From: the human T2T-CHM13v2.0 reference genome, Homo sapiens
NCBI RefSeq assembly: GCF_009914755.1
Contig: NC_060932.1
Length of the DNA: 64,000 nucleotides
Reading direction: 5' to 3' (one strand)
Shown: in pieces, positions 27,074-42,022 of the stretch
Layout of the letters: each line of letters opens with the position of its first letter
Numbering within the stretch: the first letter of the stretch is position 1
Program-made: the position numbers and the translations under genes
The notes under the pieces: model-generated
Databases searched by the model: none
Told to the model about the DNA's origin: nothing
The model's input: only the letters and a program-made list of their open reading frames with translations

Positions 27074-29881
27074 GTCTTTTTTTGACTGCTACTCCCAATA
27101 AATATTAGCGTATTAATAACAGATAATAAGTCTGTCTTGGTATCTCCTAGTAGATGCTCAATTAATGTTTGTTAAATAAATAAATATCAAAATATATTTA
27201 TTTTCCAACACATTATTTGGCGTAAGGCTTACTTGGTATGAAATGGATCATTTCAGAACAGCTCACTACCACTTTCTAGTTTATCAGCATCTGATGAGAT
27301 GAGAAAACAACAAACTCCTGTTTCAAGTGACACTTCCTCCAGGAAGCCTCCCAATGAACAATTGAAAGTGCTGTCTCCACTGAATCTGCAGAGTACACTG
27401 ACTTGCCTTTCAGGTCTTGTTAGCAATTTTTTCTACACACCAATTATTCCTCACTATCAGGTACTTAATTACAGATTCCTTGAAGACAAAGCTTAATTGC
27501 ACACTGCATATTTTTCACACAATGGTTCCTTCCCCATAGGAGCCCAATGCTTATTAAATCAACTCTGAGATATACTGAACTCTCATGACATAACAGCATC
27601 TTTTCTATTTGCCATCTTTGACAAATTTTTTACACATCTTCTTTGTAATTCTGGAAGCAAACACATGAATTGTCCTGTCAAGTCGAACTAATGTTAATTA
27701 TACCAGCTCAAGTGGGAGAGAGAAAAATACTTTTAAAAAGTTAAATGTGATCTTCAAATGTTTATATTGTGAGTGAAGACTTGGGGCAACTTCTTTAAAC
27801 TTGAAATTAAAACTCCATCGATCTAGCTTTGATTTATTTTGAGGACAAATGGCATGACCTTCGGGTGGTTCACAACAATGAACAATCAGTTAAAACTCTA
27901 GAATCTAAAGGTTGGGTAGAAAAACAATAACTTCATGTTATGCAGTCACAGAGTCTGAGAAGCGTACTTCAATCATTGGTACAAATGTGTGTTAAACACT
28001 GGAATCAATTTTATAGAGATCAAAAAAATTTATATGCAAGTAGCTGCAATGGAAATTCAGAAAACAATGTACATGTGGCATCGATGAAAACCCAAACCTG
28101 CAGAGCACCTGGAGTTGGAAACCGGGTGGATGAAAGAGCCAGAAATGCAAAGTGTAGTCGATTTGGCACGTTCCAATGCCAAACAGAGCACCTGCCCCCC
28201 ACTTCTTTGTACACCCATATACTTTGGCACAGTTTGCCACGTCTGCTAAGAGTGACTCTTGAGGAGTGAGAGGCGATGGAGAAACAATGGAGATAAAGTC
28301 AGCCTAGATTGCACTTGGCGCGGACAAGACCACAAGCCCCAGCTTTCTCCAGGCATTAGGCTCACTTGCACATTGTGTAATGTAAGATTTCCTCAATATC
28401 CAAGCAACGCAGTGAGCACAAAGACAACTCAATACTCTCAACTGGGTGCCTTTTTTGAAACTAGCTTAAACATGGTCATGGAACCCAGAGAGTGCTCCGA
28501 GATTTAAAGAATCACAATCCTCATTTTCCCCAGAATCCATGTGTGCATCTCTTCTCTGCATATTTATGACTTTATTTTAAGTGAAAGTCACAATGGCACC
28601 TGAATGAACCCATCAGCTAAGTCTAGGGCTGTTTTCCAGGTGAATATAGACATAAGGTGTGTGAGAGGTTTGGATCAGCAACAGTCAGGGAGCCTCTACT
28701 CTCTGCCAGGCCCTGTGCTGGGCACTAGCGACACTCATGAAGAAGCCACTGTCCCCTGCTCCAGTGGGATGGATAAATAAGCCCAGTGTGTTTTCAATCT
28801 GCCTTCATTGAGAGGAAAAATCACGGGACTGCGCAAAACATTGCAGAGAACCGTGGGAGAAGAAATGTTACCTGCTGAGTTACCACCTATATACCAGGCA
28901 GTATGTATTTAAAATTCCTCATTTCTTGTTCATGAGTGTTCTAAGAGTTAGGTGACCAATATTCATTTTATGGAAGGGTCAAACTGAAGTTCAGCATGTA
29001 ATAAAATAAACAAGCTGTGATCTTCCAGCTACTATGGTAGACTCAGGATTCATCCAGTCCAGTCTGATTCTGAACTCCTGTTCTTTCCACTTTTCCACAC
29101 TTTTTTGCACAAATAGGCAGTGCACAGTGATCCAGCATCAAGGGGTTTGTCGTATATCAAAGGGAGTAAGATGTGGATATAAATGACAGTATCCAAAGAT
29201 AGAGTTATGTATTAAAAGACAGAATATGCTAATGTGGGAGAATTCTTAATAATAATAATACCATTTATTGAACATTTAATAATGTACCTCACACTGTCGA
29301 AGCACTTTACATGTTTTTGTCTAAATTTCTGGAAGTATAAAATAAGCACAATCTTTCTTAGATGGCTCACTATAAATAAATTATTTTAAAGCCACCATAA
29401 ATAATGTAGTGCCCTGTGGCAAATAATATTTTTAACCACTATAAATAATGTTGTAGAAAGGCCTTTGGGCACAACAAATAATGGTACTAGACGCTGAGAG
29501 GAGATAAAGAAGAAATAGAAAGTGTTGCCTTTGCTGCCAGAAAGTTTCTTGTCTAAATAAAAACACACTCTCACAGACACACATGAAAAAATGTATGAGC
29601 AACTAGGAATTAACATAGAGAAACTATTTACATAAATATTAATGGGAGGCAAAGTGAATGTATTATTATGAAAATAAGAGTTTTAATCAGGTGTTTCAAA
29701 GCATGTGCCAAAGAAGAACTGAAAGATAATTATAGGTAGGGGAAATCAACTAAAACTGTAAACAAATAAGAAAAGAAAGGGTTGAATATAATAAGATAAT
29801 TAGTGTAACTCACCTAGCATGGTGCCCGACCAAAAGGAAATGTTCAGTGAATGTCAATTTCTGCCTCTCCCTTCGCCTCTG

Positions 29882-30190
29882 CTGTACTTAAGACTCCCGG
29901 TTGCAGGAAACAGAGAATACAGCTCCATCTGCCTTAAGCCAAACTAGGTTATGTATATTGGCCCATGGTGTAGCTACAAAGTCCAGAAGATGCCTCTCTA
30001 TTTCTCAGCCCCTTTCCTCAGTGTTTTGCTCTTGGGCTAGCCCACTCCACCTGCTGAACAGCGTCTTCCGAATCCAGGCCTTCACTCTCCCAGCCCAAGT
30101 CCAGCACCAAAGAGCACCAACCTTTCCAAAAGTTTGAATCACTGTCATATACTTGGTTGTCCCCAGCCAGGACCGAGTTATGTGCTCACC
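29882..30190. mobile_element. Degenerate MLT1-type LTR
   Basis: tgtacttaagactcccggttgcaggaaacagagaatacagctc...ttaagccaaa resembles an old MLT1 terminus. Confidence 0.4.
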
Positions 30191-30194
30191 ACTT

Positions 30195-30845
30195 GACCTC
30201 TGGAAGGTCTTTTGCTTTTACTGAAAATGAAATGGGGAGTGACTGGAGAATTTTGAGAAGCAGAGAGACATGATCTAACTTTAGTTTTACAAGAATCACA
30301 CAATCTGCAGCAAGTGAGGGTGAAACCTGGAAATTCAGTCTAGAGGCTCTAGCAGCAATCAGATGAGCCATGATGGTTGCCTCGACCGAGTAAAGTCAGG
30401 GGGAGTCTTGAGAAGTGGTCAGATTCAGGATATGATATTTTCAGAGCATGGGCAAGACAATTTCCTGAATAACTGGATATGGTATGCAAGAGTAGATGAG
30501 TCAAGGATAATATTTGAAGCCTGAGTAAATGAAAGATGAAGCAAGTGTCTGATAGAGAAAGTCAAGACATCCAAGTAAAAAGCTTCAGCAGGCAGGGGAT
30601 ACATAGTGTTTGAATTCGCAAGAGAAGTCTGGGATGGAGATATAATAATAGAAGCATGGATAGAAAGAGACGAGGACCCTGGATTGAGCCCTGGAGCCCT
30701 CCAATGTTATTTTGTAAGGAAAGGGGAAAGGAATACATGAAGGAAAGTGAGGGAAGTTACCAGTGAGATAGGAGGAAACTCAAGAGAGTGTGGTGTCCCT
30801 GATGCCTAATGAAGAAGTTGAGCAAGAAAGAGAAGGGATCAAGAG
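30195..30845 (-). mobile_element. L2 LINE fragment
   Basis: gaaatggggagtgactggagaattttgagaagcagagagacatgatctaactt...gagtcaaggata...gagagtgtggtgtcc. Confidence 0.8.
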
Positions 30846-30889
30846 CCTCAAGCTTTAGACTGGCCAAGACAGATGTCCTTCAACAGCCC

Positions 30890-31440
30890 ACCTCTAATGC
30901 TGGCAGTGCTTGGTGCTAGAGCACAAATATGGGCTCCCCATGTGTCTAAATACTTGAACATTATAAATCAAATTCAAAGACTGTTAAGATAAAACATATT
31001 CCATTCTCCTGCATTGAGAATTACACCTTCATAAAAGCCTAGAAGGCCATGTTCAAAAGGAGACTTTTCAGACTCCTCATAGCTCTAGAGGGAACTCAGC
31101 AGCACAGGGGTATTGGCCCATCCCTTTCTCTTCTCACCACAACTCCCTCCCACACTGTGAGGGTTCCTGCAGACACAAGTGTGAACATCCCAGCCCACTC
31201 CTAGACTTGGGCAAGACTTAGGCCCTTATTATCTGCCAATGACCACCCTCTCCCTTCCACTCTATCAAGAAGTTCACAGTGCCAAAGGAATGTTCCCACC
31301 TGGAGCCAGTGCCCTTATCTATAGACCATGCTTTGGTAACTGGGCTCATGGAATGGTCTATCTAATGGCCGTGAACCTACCTCCGGGGCCTGTGTGGGCC
31401 TCCTCCTAGTTTCATCCTCCCAACTGTATGCCCCCAACCC
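30890..31440. mobile_element. Possible old hAT-type DNA transposon
   Basis: ttccattctcctgcattgagaattacaccttcataaaagcctagaaggccatgttcaaa recalls a hAT-Tip100-class consensus; family uncertain. Confidence 0.35.
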
Positions 31441-32999
31441 CTAGCATAGCCAAAATGTAGTTGTTTGCAAGAATGTAGACAGAATGAGGACAAACAGGCT
31501 GGTATGTTCTCATTTGTGGATAATGATAATAAAGATTACTAAAAAAGGAGACATAAAGCTCGGTTCAAAATGACAGAGGTGGGAACTCTAGGGCTCTATT
31601 CATCCACAAAAGCAATAAGCTGGCAACAACTGTCAGAATCAACTTCTACAGAATTTTGGAATTCGGTCAAAAACTTATGACAATGAGTGATAGGTGTGGT
31701 AATAAAAGAAGCTGCTGTTTTGCAGTAAAAGATACCGTGACATCTTAAACTGCCTACCATTCTCCAATCCTTAGGTCAGTGGTGATGGTGAGGTCAAGCA
31801 GCCCACACTGCTGGTTCAGGTTTCTAGTTTTAAATGGAGCAATACAGGCATTATTATCAAGGGACTGTGGTTGTCTATTTTGATCTGTCGAGTAGCTCCC
31901 TGCACAAATGGAACAGGGCTTGCCTTCATTTCATCTGACTTGAAGCATTACAAGGGCTAGGGCAGCTTCCTGGAAAGCTTTTGTTAAAAGATGCAAGTAT
32001 TGAGCACAGCAGCCAGGAGCAAGGGATAACAACCAGACAAGCAACACTCAGGCTGAAAAGTAGTGGAAGAAAAAGGTTGGAAAAGGAAGTACATGGGAGA
32101 ATAAAGGATTTAAAAAGTTCCCATGTACACAAGGAATCAAGAAGGACGTGCACAAGCTTAGAGTTGGATGTATGTTCTGAAAAAGCCTGAGAAAACCCTA
32201 AGCTGTCACCTCTGGCTGACATTCAAGCTTCACACAAGCAGGAACTGAAGGCTAAAGTGGAGTTGTAAACAGCCTGGCTAAATATTAAAGGAGTGTCCCA
32301 ATACCGGGTCAGTTTGAAAAGACTGGGAGAGTATTTATTAATATTTATTGTTCTTTCTTTTTCTTTTTTTAGCCCCAAGTGTTTAAGAAAACTCTGTCAA
32401 AACACTAGGTCACCTCTAGCTAACAGCACACAGACTTCAGCGGCCACACATACACACACAAAGTCAGACTTTATAAAAATAGTTTAGAAATGTCACTAAA
32501 CAAGCAAACAGTAACAACTCACAACAAGCAGTAGCAACAAACTTCAGTGAAGGGGAGAGTCTGATTTACAGAGTTGTCACATTATAATATTCAAAATGTC
32601 TAGTTTTCAACAAGAATTTATAAGGCATGCAAAGAAACAAAAAAGTATGGCCTATTCACAGAAAAAGAGAAATCAGTAGATTATGGTCATTGAGGAAGCC
32701 TGAACATTGATTGGACTTACTAGCCAAAAACTTTAAAATTTAAATATTTTCAAAGAGTTGAAGGAAACCATAGAATAAGAACTAAAGAAAACAAAGATAA
32801 AAATGCCTCACCAAATAGAAAATATCAATGAAAAGAGAGAAATTTTCAAAATAAAGGAAATAGAAATTCTGGAGTTGAAAACCAAAATAAATGAAATGAA
32901 AAATTCACTAGAATGGTTCAATAGTAGATTTGAGCAGGCAGAAGAAATAATTCATGGATTTCAATATAAGTCTTCTGAGATTATTCAGTTTGGAAGATC

Positions 33000-33137
33000 A
33001 GGAAAAATAACTAATGGGTATTAGGCTGAATACCTGGGTGATGAAATAATCTGTACAACAAACCCCCATGACACATATTTACCTATGTAACAAACCTCCA
33101 CATGTACCCCTGAATTTAAAATAAAAATATGAAAAAA
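33000..33137 (+). mobile_element. Old L1PA 3' end
   Basis: aataactaatgggta...tacctgggtgatgaaataatctgtacaacaaacccccatgacac...aaataaaa. Confidence 0.85.
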
Positions 33138-33290
33138 TATTCTGGGTACATAGTAGGTGTATATATTTATGGGGCACATGAGATATTTTGATACAAGCTT
33201 GCAATGTGAAATGATCACATCACGGAGTATCGAGTTTCCATCCCCTCAAGCATTTATCCTTTGTGTTACAAGCAATGTAATTACACTCTT
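33138..33290 (-). mobile_element. L1MA 3' end (antisense)
   Basis: gggtacatagtaggtgtatatatttatgggg...atcccctcaagcatttatcctttgtgttaca. Confidence 0.85.
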
Positions 33291-33725
33291 GTACACAAAA
33301 GAAAGCATTAAGAATTGAGAAACAAAAGTTCTAAATTTATAGAAAAGAAATAGAAAACTGGCAGAAGTAAGTCGTTTCTTACCAGTGACTACTTTAAATG
33401 TAAATGGATCAAACTATCCAATTAAAATGCAGTCATCAAAAGAATGGATATGAACAAATATGACCCAACTATATACTACTTATAAAAGACTCACTTTAGA
33501 TCCAAATACACAAACAGATTGAAAGTGAAAGAATGGAAAAGATATTCCAAGCAAATAGTAACTGAAAGAGAGATGATTTTACTATAGAAATGTAAGATGA
33601 AATAAAATATAAGACAAAAATTGTTAAAAAAGACACAAAAGACATTGTTTATCAACAAAAAGTTCAATCCATCATGAAGATATAACAATTATAAACATAT
33701 TTACACATAACAAATCCCCAAAATC

Positions 33726-33730
<5 letters not shown>

Positions 33731-33785
<55 letters not shown>
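33731..33785. repeat. (TA)n microsatellite
   Basis: Perfect TA run inside the L1 ORF2 relic. Confidence 0.97.
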
Positions 33786-33790
<5 letters not shown>

Positions 33791-35544
33791 GACTCAAAGG
33801 GAGAAATAGTTCCACAATAATATTTGGAAATTTTAATTCCCCACTTATGTTAATGAATAGATCCATAAGGAAATAGAGGCCATGAACAATAGCATAAGCC
33901 AGCTAGACCTAAAAGACATGTCTAGAGCGCTCCACCTCACAGCTACAGAATACACATTTTCTCAAGCACACATAGATTATTCTCTAACATAGACCATATG
34001 TTGAACCACAAAATAAGTCTCAATCAATTTTAATAGGTTAAAATTATAGAAAGTATTTTCTCTAACCACAATAGAATAAAAGTTGAAATTAATAACAGAA
34101 TGAAAACTGAAAAATTTACATGTGTATGAAAATTAATCAATACACTTTTTAACCAATCAGTGGGCCAAAGAAGAAATTACAAGTAAAGTTAGAAAATACT
34201 TTGAGATAAGTGAAAATGAAAACACAAAATGCCAACATCTATGGGATCCACTGAAAGCCATGCTAGGAGGGAAATTTATAGCTATAAACACCTCTACTCA
34301 AAAAGAAAAAGGATCCCAAATTAATATCCACCTTTACACATTAAGGAGCTAGAAAACCAGGAGCAAGCTAAACCCAAAGCTAGAAGGAACCACAGAATAA
34401 AAATTAGAGTGGAGTTAAATGAAATAGGGAGTAGAAGAACCATACAATCACCAAAACTGAAAGTAGTTTCTTTTAAAAAGGGAACAAAATTGATAAACTT
34501 TTAGCTAGATTGACAAATAAGAAATGAGAGAAGACTCAAATTACTAAAACCACAAATAAAAGTGGAACTATTGCTACTAACTTTATAGAAATAAAAAGAA
34601 TTGCAAGAAAATAGTTTGAATAATTGTATACTAACAAACTAGATAACCTCAATGAAATGGAAACATTTCTAGAAACACACTAACTACCAAAACTGACTCG
34701 AGAAGAAATAGAAAAGCTTGAATATACGTTTAGCAAGTAAAGAGATTGAACAAGTAATAATAACAATAAACCATACAACTACCACTAAAGAGTAAGCCAA
34801 TATCAGTGAATTGGCCTGGTGAATTCTACCAAACATTTAAAGAAGAATTAACCCCAAATTCTTCTAAAACTCTTCCAAAAAAAATAGAAGAAGAAGGAAT
34901 GCATCCCAACTCATTCTATGAGGCCAGCCTTACCCTTATACCAAAGCCAGATAAAGACATCAGAAGAAAAAAACAAAAACCTATAGATCAATATCCCTTA
35001 TGAATACACAAGCAAAAATCCCCATGAAAATACTAGGAACCAAATTTATTTAATAACATCATATTAAGAGGATTATACTCTATGATCAAGTGTGATTTAT
35101 CCCAGGAATGCAAAAAATGGCTCAATATGTGAACAATCAATCAACTACATTGACATGGCATTAATAGAATGGAGAAAAAAAAACACATGATATCTCAATT
35201 GATATAAAAAAAGCATTTGAGAAAAATTCAATACTATTTCAAGACAAAAACATTCAACAAACTATAATAGAAAGAGAAGGGAACTGCCTCCACGTGGTAA
35301 AAGGCATTTAAGCAACTAAATAGAGGTGATAGATACACGACACTGTGAATCTACTAAATGCCACTGAATTTTACACTTTAAAGCTGTTAACTTTAGATTA
35401 TGTGAACTTTACTTCAATTAAAAAAGGAGGAGGAAGAGGCAAAGAAAGCGAACCTGCCATAACCACAATGAACAAAGTTGATGGGTTTCCTGCTCTAATA
35501 GGGCTTAAATTTGAATGGCGTAGACACATAAGAAGCAAAGAAAT

Positions 35545-35790
35545 AACTAACGTGTTGAAAACTTACTATGTGCCAGGCACTATTCTAAGCACTTTGAGTA
35601 CAAAATCACGAACTCATCAGAACTTTCCAATGAAACAGGTGATCTCCTTTTAACAGATAAAGAAATCAAAGCAGCACAGAGAGATAAAATGATTTGTCCC
35701 TATTCAAGTAGTAAAAAAATGGCAGAGCCAGGATTTTAATCCAAAGAGTCTAACTTCACAGACTATGTTCATAACTATTATACTATATAA
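35545..35790 (-). mobile_element. MIR
   Basis: acttactatgtgccaggcactattctaagcacttt...cagataaagaaatcaaagc...ggcagagccaggattt. Confidence 0.85.
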
Positions 35791-38419
35791 TGTCACAGCT
35801 CTGAGGAGCAAAAAATAAAGCAGGGTATTGGAGATGGCACTGCTGAGATTCCTAAGTACTCTACTGACATACATTTTGATTGCTATAATTAAATTTGGCT
35901 GCTACACATTAAGATTGATAAAAGTACACAGTGAATAGTCTGAAGAATTTTAAAAGAACTTGGAATGTGCCATTTGCCTTGCATCCATTTGAGATAAGAA
36001 TAGATATAGCAACAAATAGCAAACCAAATTCACATTGTGAACCATGAAATCACAAGTAATTTTCAAACTTCTTATTGGAAGCACTGACTTATATAAAATT
36101 AGTATGAGAAACTAATTTAAATATTATCAAGTTCAGTTTCATTCTTCTATAGTTAAGGAAAATATTTTGGAGACACTAGATAACTTGCTACTTTGTGCCA
36201 AAGTTTATAGTTGAATCCCCTAAATCTAAACCTGTCAGTCTTTCCAGCATATTGTACTCATACCTACATAGATCAGGCTATCAAATTTCAGAGAATTGGC
36301 ATGAAAAATAATTTAAAATGCATGTTTATATTAAATACTTAGGTTGAACTTTTTATAAGCGTATACAGATGTATATTTAAAATATCTTATTTTAAATAAA
36401 TGCTTTATTTAGGTCACATAATTAAATATAAATATACTGTGAGGTACGCTTCATTCAGGCTACATAATTAAATATAAATATATTATGGTACATCTTTTCA
36501 CATTTCAGCTTTTGCTCCTTAACAAAATATTGTGGTAGTTGGACTTCAACAAATAATGCAAAAAAAAATTATTATACCTAAACAAATATTTTCTTAAAAT
36601 ATAGAAGGACATGATGATGAGAATATAGAAAAAAGATCTAGGAAATCCTGTAGCACCTTGGAAAAATCAAGTGAACTGAGGCAAATTGTAGGCATTATTA
36701 AGTTTTGCTAAACCCAAACAGGTGTTGCTAAGTATTTTTCGATTTATTTTATACCCATGTGTTAGAAGGAAAATGTCACCCATATGTGTTTAATTCAATT
36801 TCACTTAAGCTGAGAACAATGTAATTGTTGGGGAGTTATTTAATGCCCAGTAAGTTTTTTGAGTTTTACAAAGCCTTCCTTCTCCCTCCGAACAAGCAAG
36901 CGATGTTTTGCCAGCACAGAACAGAACTCGAAAGGGAGGTGCAGATTGAGTTTGGTTCTAAACTTAGAGCACACAAATTTGAGTGACTGCCAAGCCTGCT
37001 GAAATGTGTTTTCTCCAATCTTCTTAAACTGCATGAAGATTTCAAAGAAAAAATTGTAAAGCCTTCCATTGTGAGTTTTCTCTTACCATTGACTACTTTC
37101 TGAATTGAAAACCATGCATTGTATATAAGCTTGTGATGTATTTTATCAGGTCCTGGTCTCAAAATATTTCACCGTAGTATATTTTCCCCCAAAATGTTAT
37201 CTTGCAACATTTTTAAGCCTACATAGTTTCCTTTATTTAGATATAGAATCGATTAGCTTTGGCTATAATGTTCTTGAAATTTATCTACCTTTAATCATCA
37301 AACAAGAAGCAAGAAGTGGACCAGGGAAATATTTATATAAAAAGACAATATATAATCAATAGGCTTTCTAATTTCTGATCACACCACAGTCTCCGATGAA
37401 TCACTAGAGTCTTGAGGGGGATGGGAAAGTATTAGTGAAATCAGCAGATTGATCAAGACATATGGAAGGCATGAAAATGCCTGAGAGTGGGAGAAGGGAG
37501 AGAAAGGACATTCAAAACAAGGGGCCATGTCGATCAGTTCACTCATTGCCAATAAGCTGAAAAATATGTCATGGAGAATTTACCATTTAAATGGGATGAC
37601 ATTTAAATAATTCCTTTTGTTCATGTTTTTGAGACTCCTCTATAATTCATAAAGTGGCATGAATTATTTTGCATATTTCTATTCCTTTTAACAACTTTTT
37701 TTCACCTAATTTCAAATCTTAATCTTTTGCATCACAGCTAAACGATGCTAAGAAACATTAAGGAGGCTGAAAGAGGAAGAAAGAGTTAACATCTCTAAGA
37801 ACAAATGTTTTAATTATTTAAAAAATGCGTTTGGGATCATGCTGAGAGGTAGGGTTTTATTTCTAGATTTTGTTTATTAGTGATCATTTCAACTGATTAG
37901 GGATCAGATCTTTATTTCCATCTCTGCAATTCAAAGCGTTTGTTGATTTCACACTTTATTTTTTTTTCTTTCAGGATGAAACCCAATATGTCTGAAAATA
38001 ATTTTTCTACAGGTTTTGCTTCAGTTGTAGGTTAATTATTGGTTTATCTATATTCTTTACACTTTGAACCTATATTCTAGTTCAAAATTTTAAAAACACT
38101 ACCTGGCTTTTAATTTATCAAAAGAGGGGGTTATAAAATCAGCTTTCGTTTCATGCTATCTGAGTGAATTTGAACCTGGGATGTTTTCCCAGTCAATTCA
38201 GGTTAACCAACAGTTGCATTAATGGTCACTTTTACAAATACTGTAATGTGATGTCATTTCACAGACATTTAAAATTATTCCCTTATATTGGTATGAAAGG
38301 TACATTGCATAAATATAAATAATGTAAGCTACCATATTTTTAAAGGTAGATAAAATTAGGCTCATTTAGCAATTTTGCCAGGAATCAAATCAAACCAAGA
38401 AATAATCAGTGACTAGCAG

Positions 38420-38670
38420 TCTTAGGCAGCACAGTTAGGTGAGTAGCCGTGGCTGCCAGGCTCCCTCCATTCAAATGCTGTTTTCATCAACTGGCAACAT
38501 TAGGCAAATTTATCTTCTCTTTGCCTAGATTTTCTCATTTATGAGATTAAACAGTCATAGTACAACCTCAACCTACAAACATAGGATTATTGGGGGAATA
38601 AATGAGCTAATTAACACTTAGGGCAATGTTTGGCACACAGACTAAGAGTCGCATTCTTGTTAGATATAAT
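38420..38670 (+). mobile_element. MIR
   Basis: taggcaaattt...tgcctagattttctcattt...ataaatgagctaa...tttggcacacag. Confidence 0.7.
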
Positions 38671-38983
38671 TATATAATACATTTTCCCCATAGAATTCTG
38701 CAAATATAATTTTTCAGTGCCCTTTCTGATGCATTGCTGAGGACACAAGCAATCCTTGACCCATAACTATTTAAATTTAGTTATTCAAACTTAAGTATTT
38801 GGTAGATTTCTCCAGGCTATTCCTTCCAGCAGGACACAGACTCCCCTGTAGGGTCCTTCTTACACTTAATGCCTTTGGTACCCAAGGTCCACATCGTCTG
38901 GACTTCAGCATCAGGAATTCAAAACCCTCCCTAAAATACAAGCCCTGTCAGTGACTAGAGAGGTGTGTTAAAAATCTCCCACA

Positions 38984-39306
<323 letters not shown>

Positions 39307-40881
39307 CTATTTTACCTGTACATTCTGCCATTTTTTGCTTCATATTTTGAGGCTATAATATTAAGTGGGTAAACATTTAGAATTTTTAAATCTTTCTCGT
39401 GAATCAGCCCATTTGGGGGTTATTTAGGAATATCTTCTTAGCTGTTTCCTTTTAGTCTTTCACATGTTCAGCCTGTTAATTAATAAAACAATCACATGAT
39501 TGGTTTCTATCATGGGCTCGGTGTGAATTATACACACCATAGAGAGCTCTATGCTGCATATTTTAAGTATGCCATTATTTTCTTGGATCGTTACATTGGC
39601 AAAGTATTGTGTTTTATCATAATATTGGAATTGGCTTATAATTTTTTATCTAGCAGTGCCTTTTCATTCATGCATTCAACATATATTAAGCATGTTACAT
39701 GTGCTAGGCCTAAGCAAGATAAGGAGCCCAACTAAGGAACTCTTCAGACCCTCAATTTTGTTTTAACTCAATAATGTAGAAGAATTCAAGTGGTTTTTTT
39801 TTCCTAGGGTTATATTGTTTCTCACTTCAATTGTTGTGGTGGATATTATGTGTGTGTGTGTGAGTTTTTCTATAACTTCAGAACTTTTATAATAACCATG
39901 ATCCAGTTTTATAAAAGTAAGTCCAGTCCTAATTCTAGGTGCTTTAGGCATGTCTCTGGCAAGATTATTCTACAAAGAAGGAAGTACAGGAATCATTGGC
40001 AAAAGTCAATGGCTCAATCAAAGCATGGGAATGTTTGACAGTATTTTTCAAGATCCCCACAACTTGAAAGGACTGTGGTATCGATTACATTATTCCAGTT
40101 CTAGGGGTACTTTCCTGACAGTATGGATTATTCAACCACATGAAACCATTTTTAAGCTCTTGCTTCAGACAATTTACCCTCTTCACTAGTTTGTAAAACA
40201 AAGGCTGCAGCAAAGTTTCATTGAAAATTGGATAATGACTCATCATTGCATGGGTTTCCTCCTATATGTATTTCTTATTTTATAGCTAACCTTTGCTTTT
40301 TTTTCATCCTCTAGTAGACTGGCCCATATTAAAAAAATACATTGAAATGAGGAAATCTAAGAAGACTTCCCAAGACCAGCTCTGGAAGGAAAAGGACTCT
40401 GGTTAATAGGAGAGTGGGAGCCAGGCCTGAGGTTCATGATGTCTTTCTCGCTGCATTCCATATCTTTGATATCTCGCTTGCCTACAATTGTTTGCATTCA
40501 GATGGGTATACGCGGTCAGCACACTTGCAGGATAAAAACCAGAAAATGCTAATTTTGTGCATATACACTTCAGACACTGTTTGAAAGAAATAACAGATTA
40601 ATTTATGTGGAGTCAATGAAGACATTTCAAATGCTCTGTTATCATTATGACCAAATCTACTGACACCAACATGTATTTTTCACTAAATGGAGAGGTATCA
40701 CCCACACATTGTGGCTATTAAGCAAGTTTAATCATCTTTTCTTGCTCAAGATTTTGGCAGCTACAGAGGTGATGAGGGTGACCGTTGGAAGAGGTGTGAA
40801 GAATTGGTGTCACTCACCACCCATGGGACCTGCAGCATATGTGTCTTCAAGTGTAATTTACTCCTATAGAAAGTTCCTTCA

Positions 40882-41262
<381 letters not shown>

Positions 41263-41749
41263 CTAATGTTTACAAAATGCTTTCTGTGATCTGAATGTCA
41301 AACGATTTCTTCTAATTGAGCTTTGTCATATTATTTTTCAGATGAAGAATGTTTCACCAAAGCTAAATGACTGACTCAGGCTATAGCAAGAACCAGGATT
41401 CTATGGCTAAATCGTCTCACACTCAGTCACTGCAGACCACCCTGAAAACGGAGGATATGTTTTACAACTTCTTAGCATAAAAATGAGGAGTTGAGTTAAG
41501 AGTTAGGAATATATTTTAAGCAGAAGTAAATGAAATGGAGGTGTTCCTGAAAAAAAGACTTTAAAAAAATTTATATGATTAAAAAATGTTATATACATAA
41601 TATATACTGGTAACTTTTCTCAGAGCAACCAGAAACTAGTTTAAAAAAAAAACTTACGTTATTTATGTCCATGAGTATACTATAACACATCAATAAAGAT
41701 AATAGTTTGCAAATATTTTATACTTAATCAAGTGCCAGGCACAATTTTG

Positions 41750-42022
41750 GGTTTGGGGGGTGGGGGGTTTCTGAGACAGGTTCTGGCTGTGTTACCCAAG
41801 CTAGAATGAGTGTTGTTGCAACCACAGCTCACTACAGCCTCGACCTCACAGGCTCAAGCAATCCTCCCACCTCAGCCTCCTGAGTAGCTTGGACTACAGG
41901 TGCATGCTACCATGCCTAGCTAATTTTTTTTTTTTTTTGTAGAGATAGGGGTCTCACTCTGCTGCCCAGGCTGGTCTCAAACTCCTAACTTCAATCAATT
42001 CTCCTGCCTCGGCCCTACCAAA
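41750..42022 (-). mobile_element. AluJ, 5' truncated, inserted in a MIR (about 41700-42230)
   Basis: J diagnostics; TSD-like gccaggcaca(a/g)ttttg on both sides. Confidence 0.9.

Larger units (their letters stand above)
31555..35430 (+). mobile_element. Old L1M element: 5'UTR, ORF1 and ORF2 relics, internally deleted, 3' end retained
   Basis: ORF1 coiled coil (32803: ENINEKREI...EILELK...EMKNSLE...SRFEQAEE); endonuclease start (about 33385, TLNVNG); ORF2 (34806: GEFYQTFKEELTP...PNSFYEASLTLIPKPDKD); 3' terminus at about 35310-35430. Confidence 0.92.

Noticed and set aside
32803-35003. L1 ORF1/ORF2 peptides as an active retroelement
   Set aside because: Many stops, frameshifts, deletions and nested insertions.
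40330-40600. Minus-strand coding exon after a tttctttcaaacag acceptor
   Set aside because: Frames terminate in stops, no good donor, and the peptide is unrecognised.
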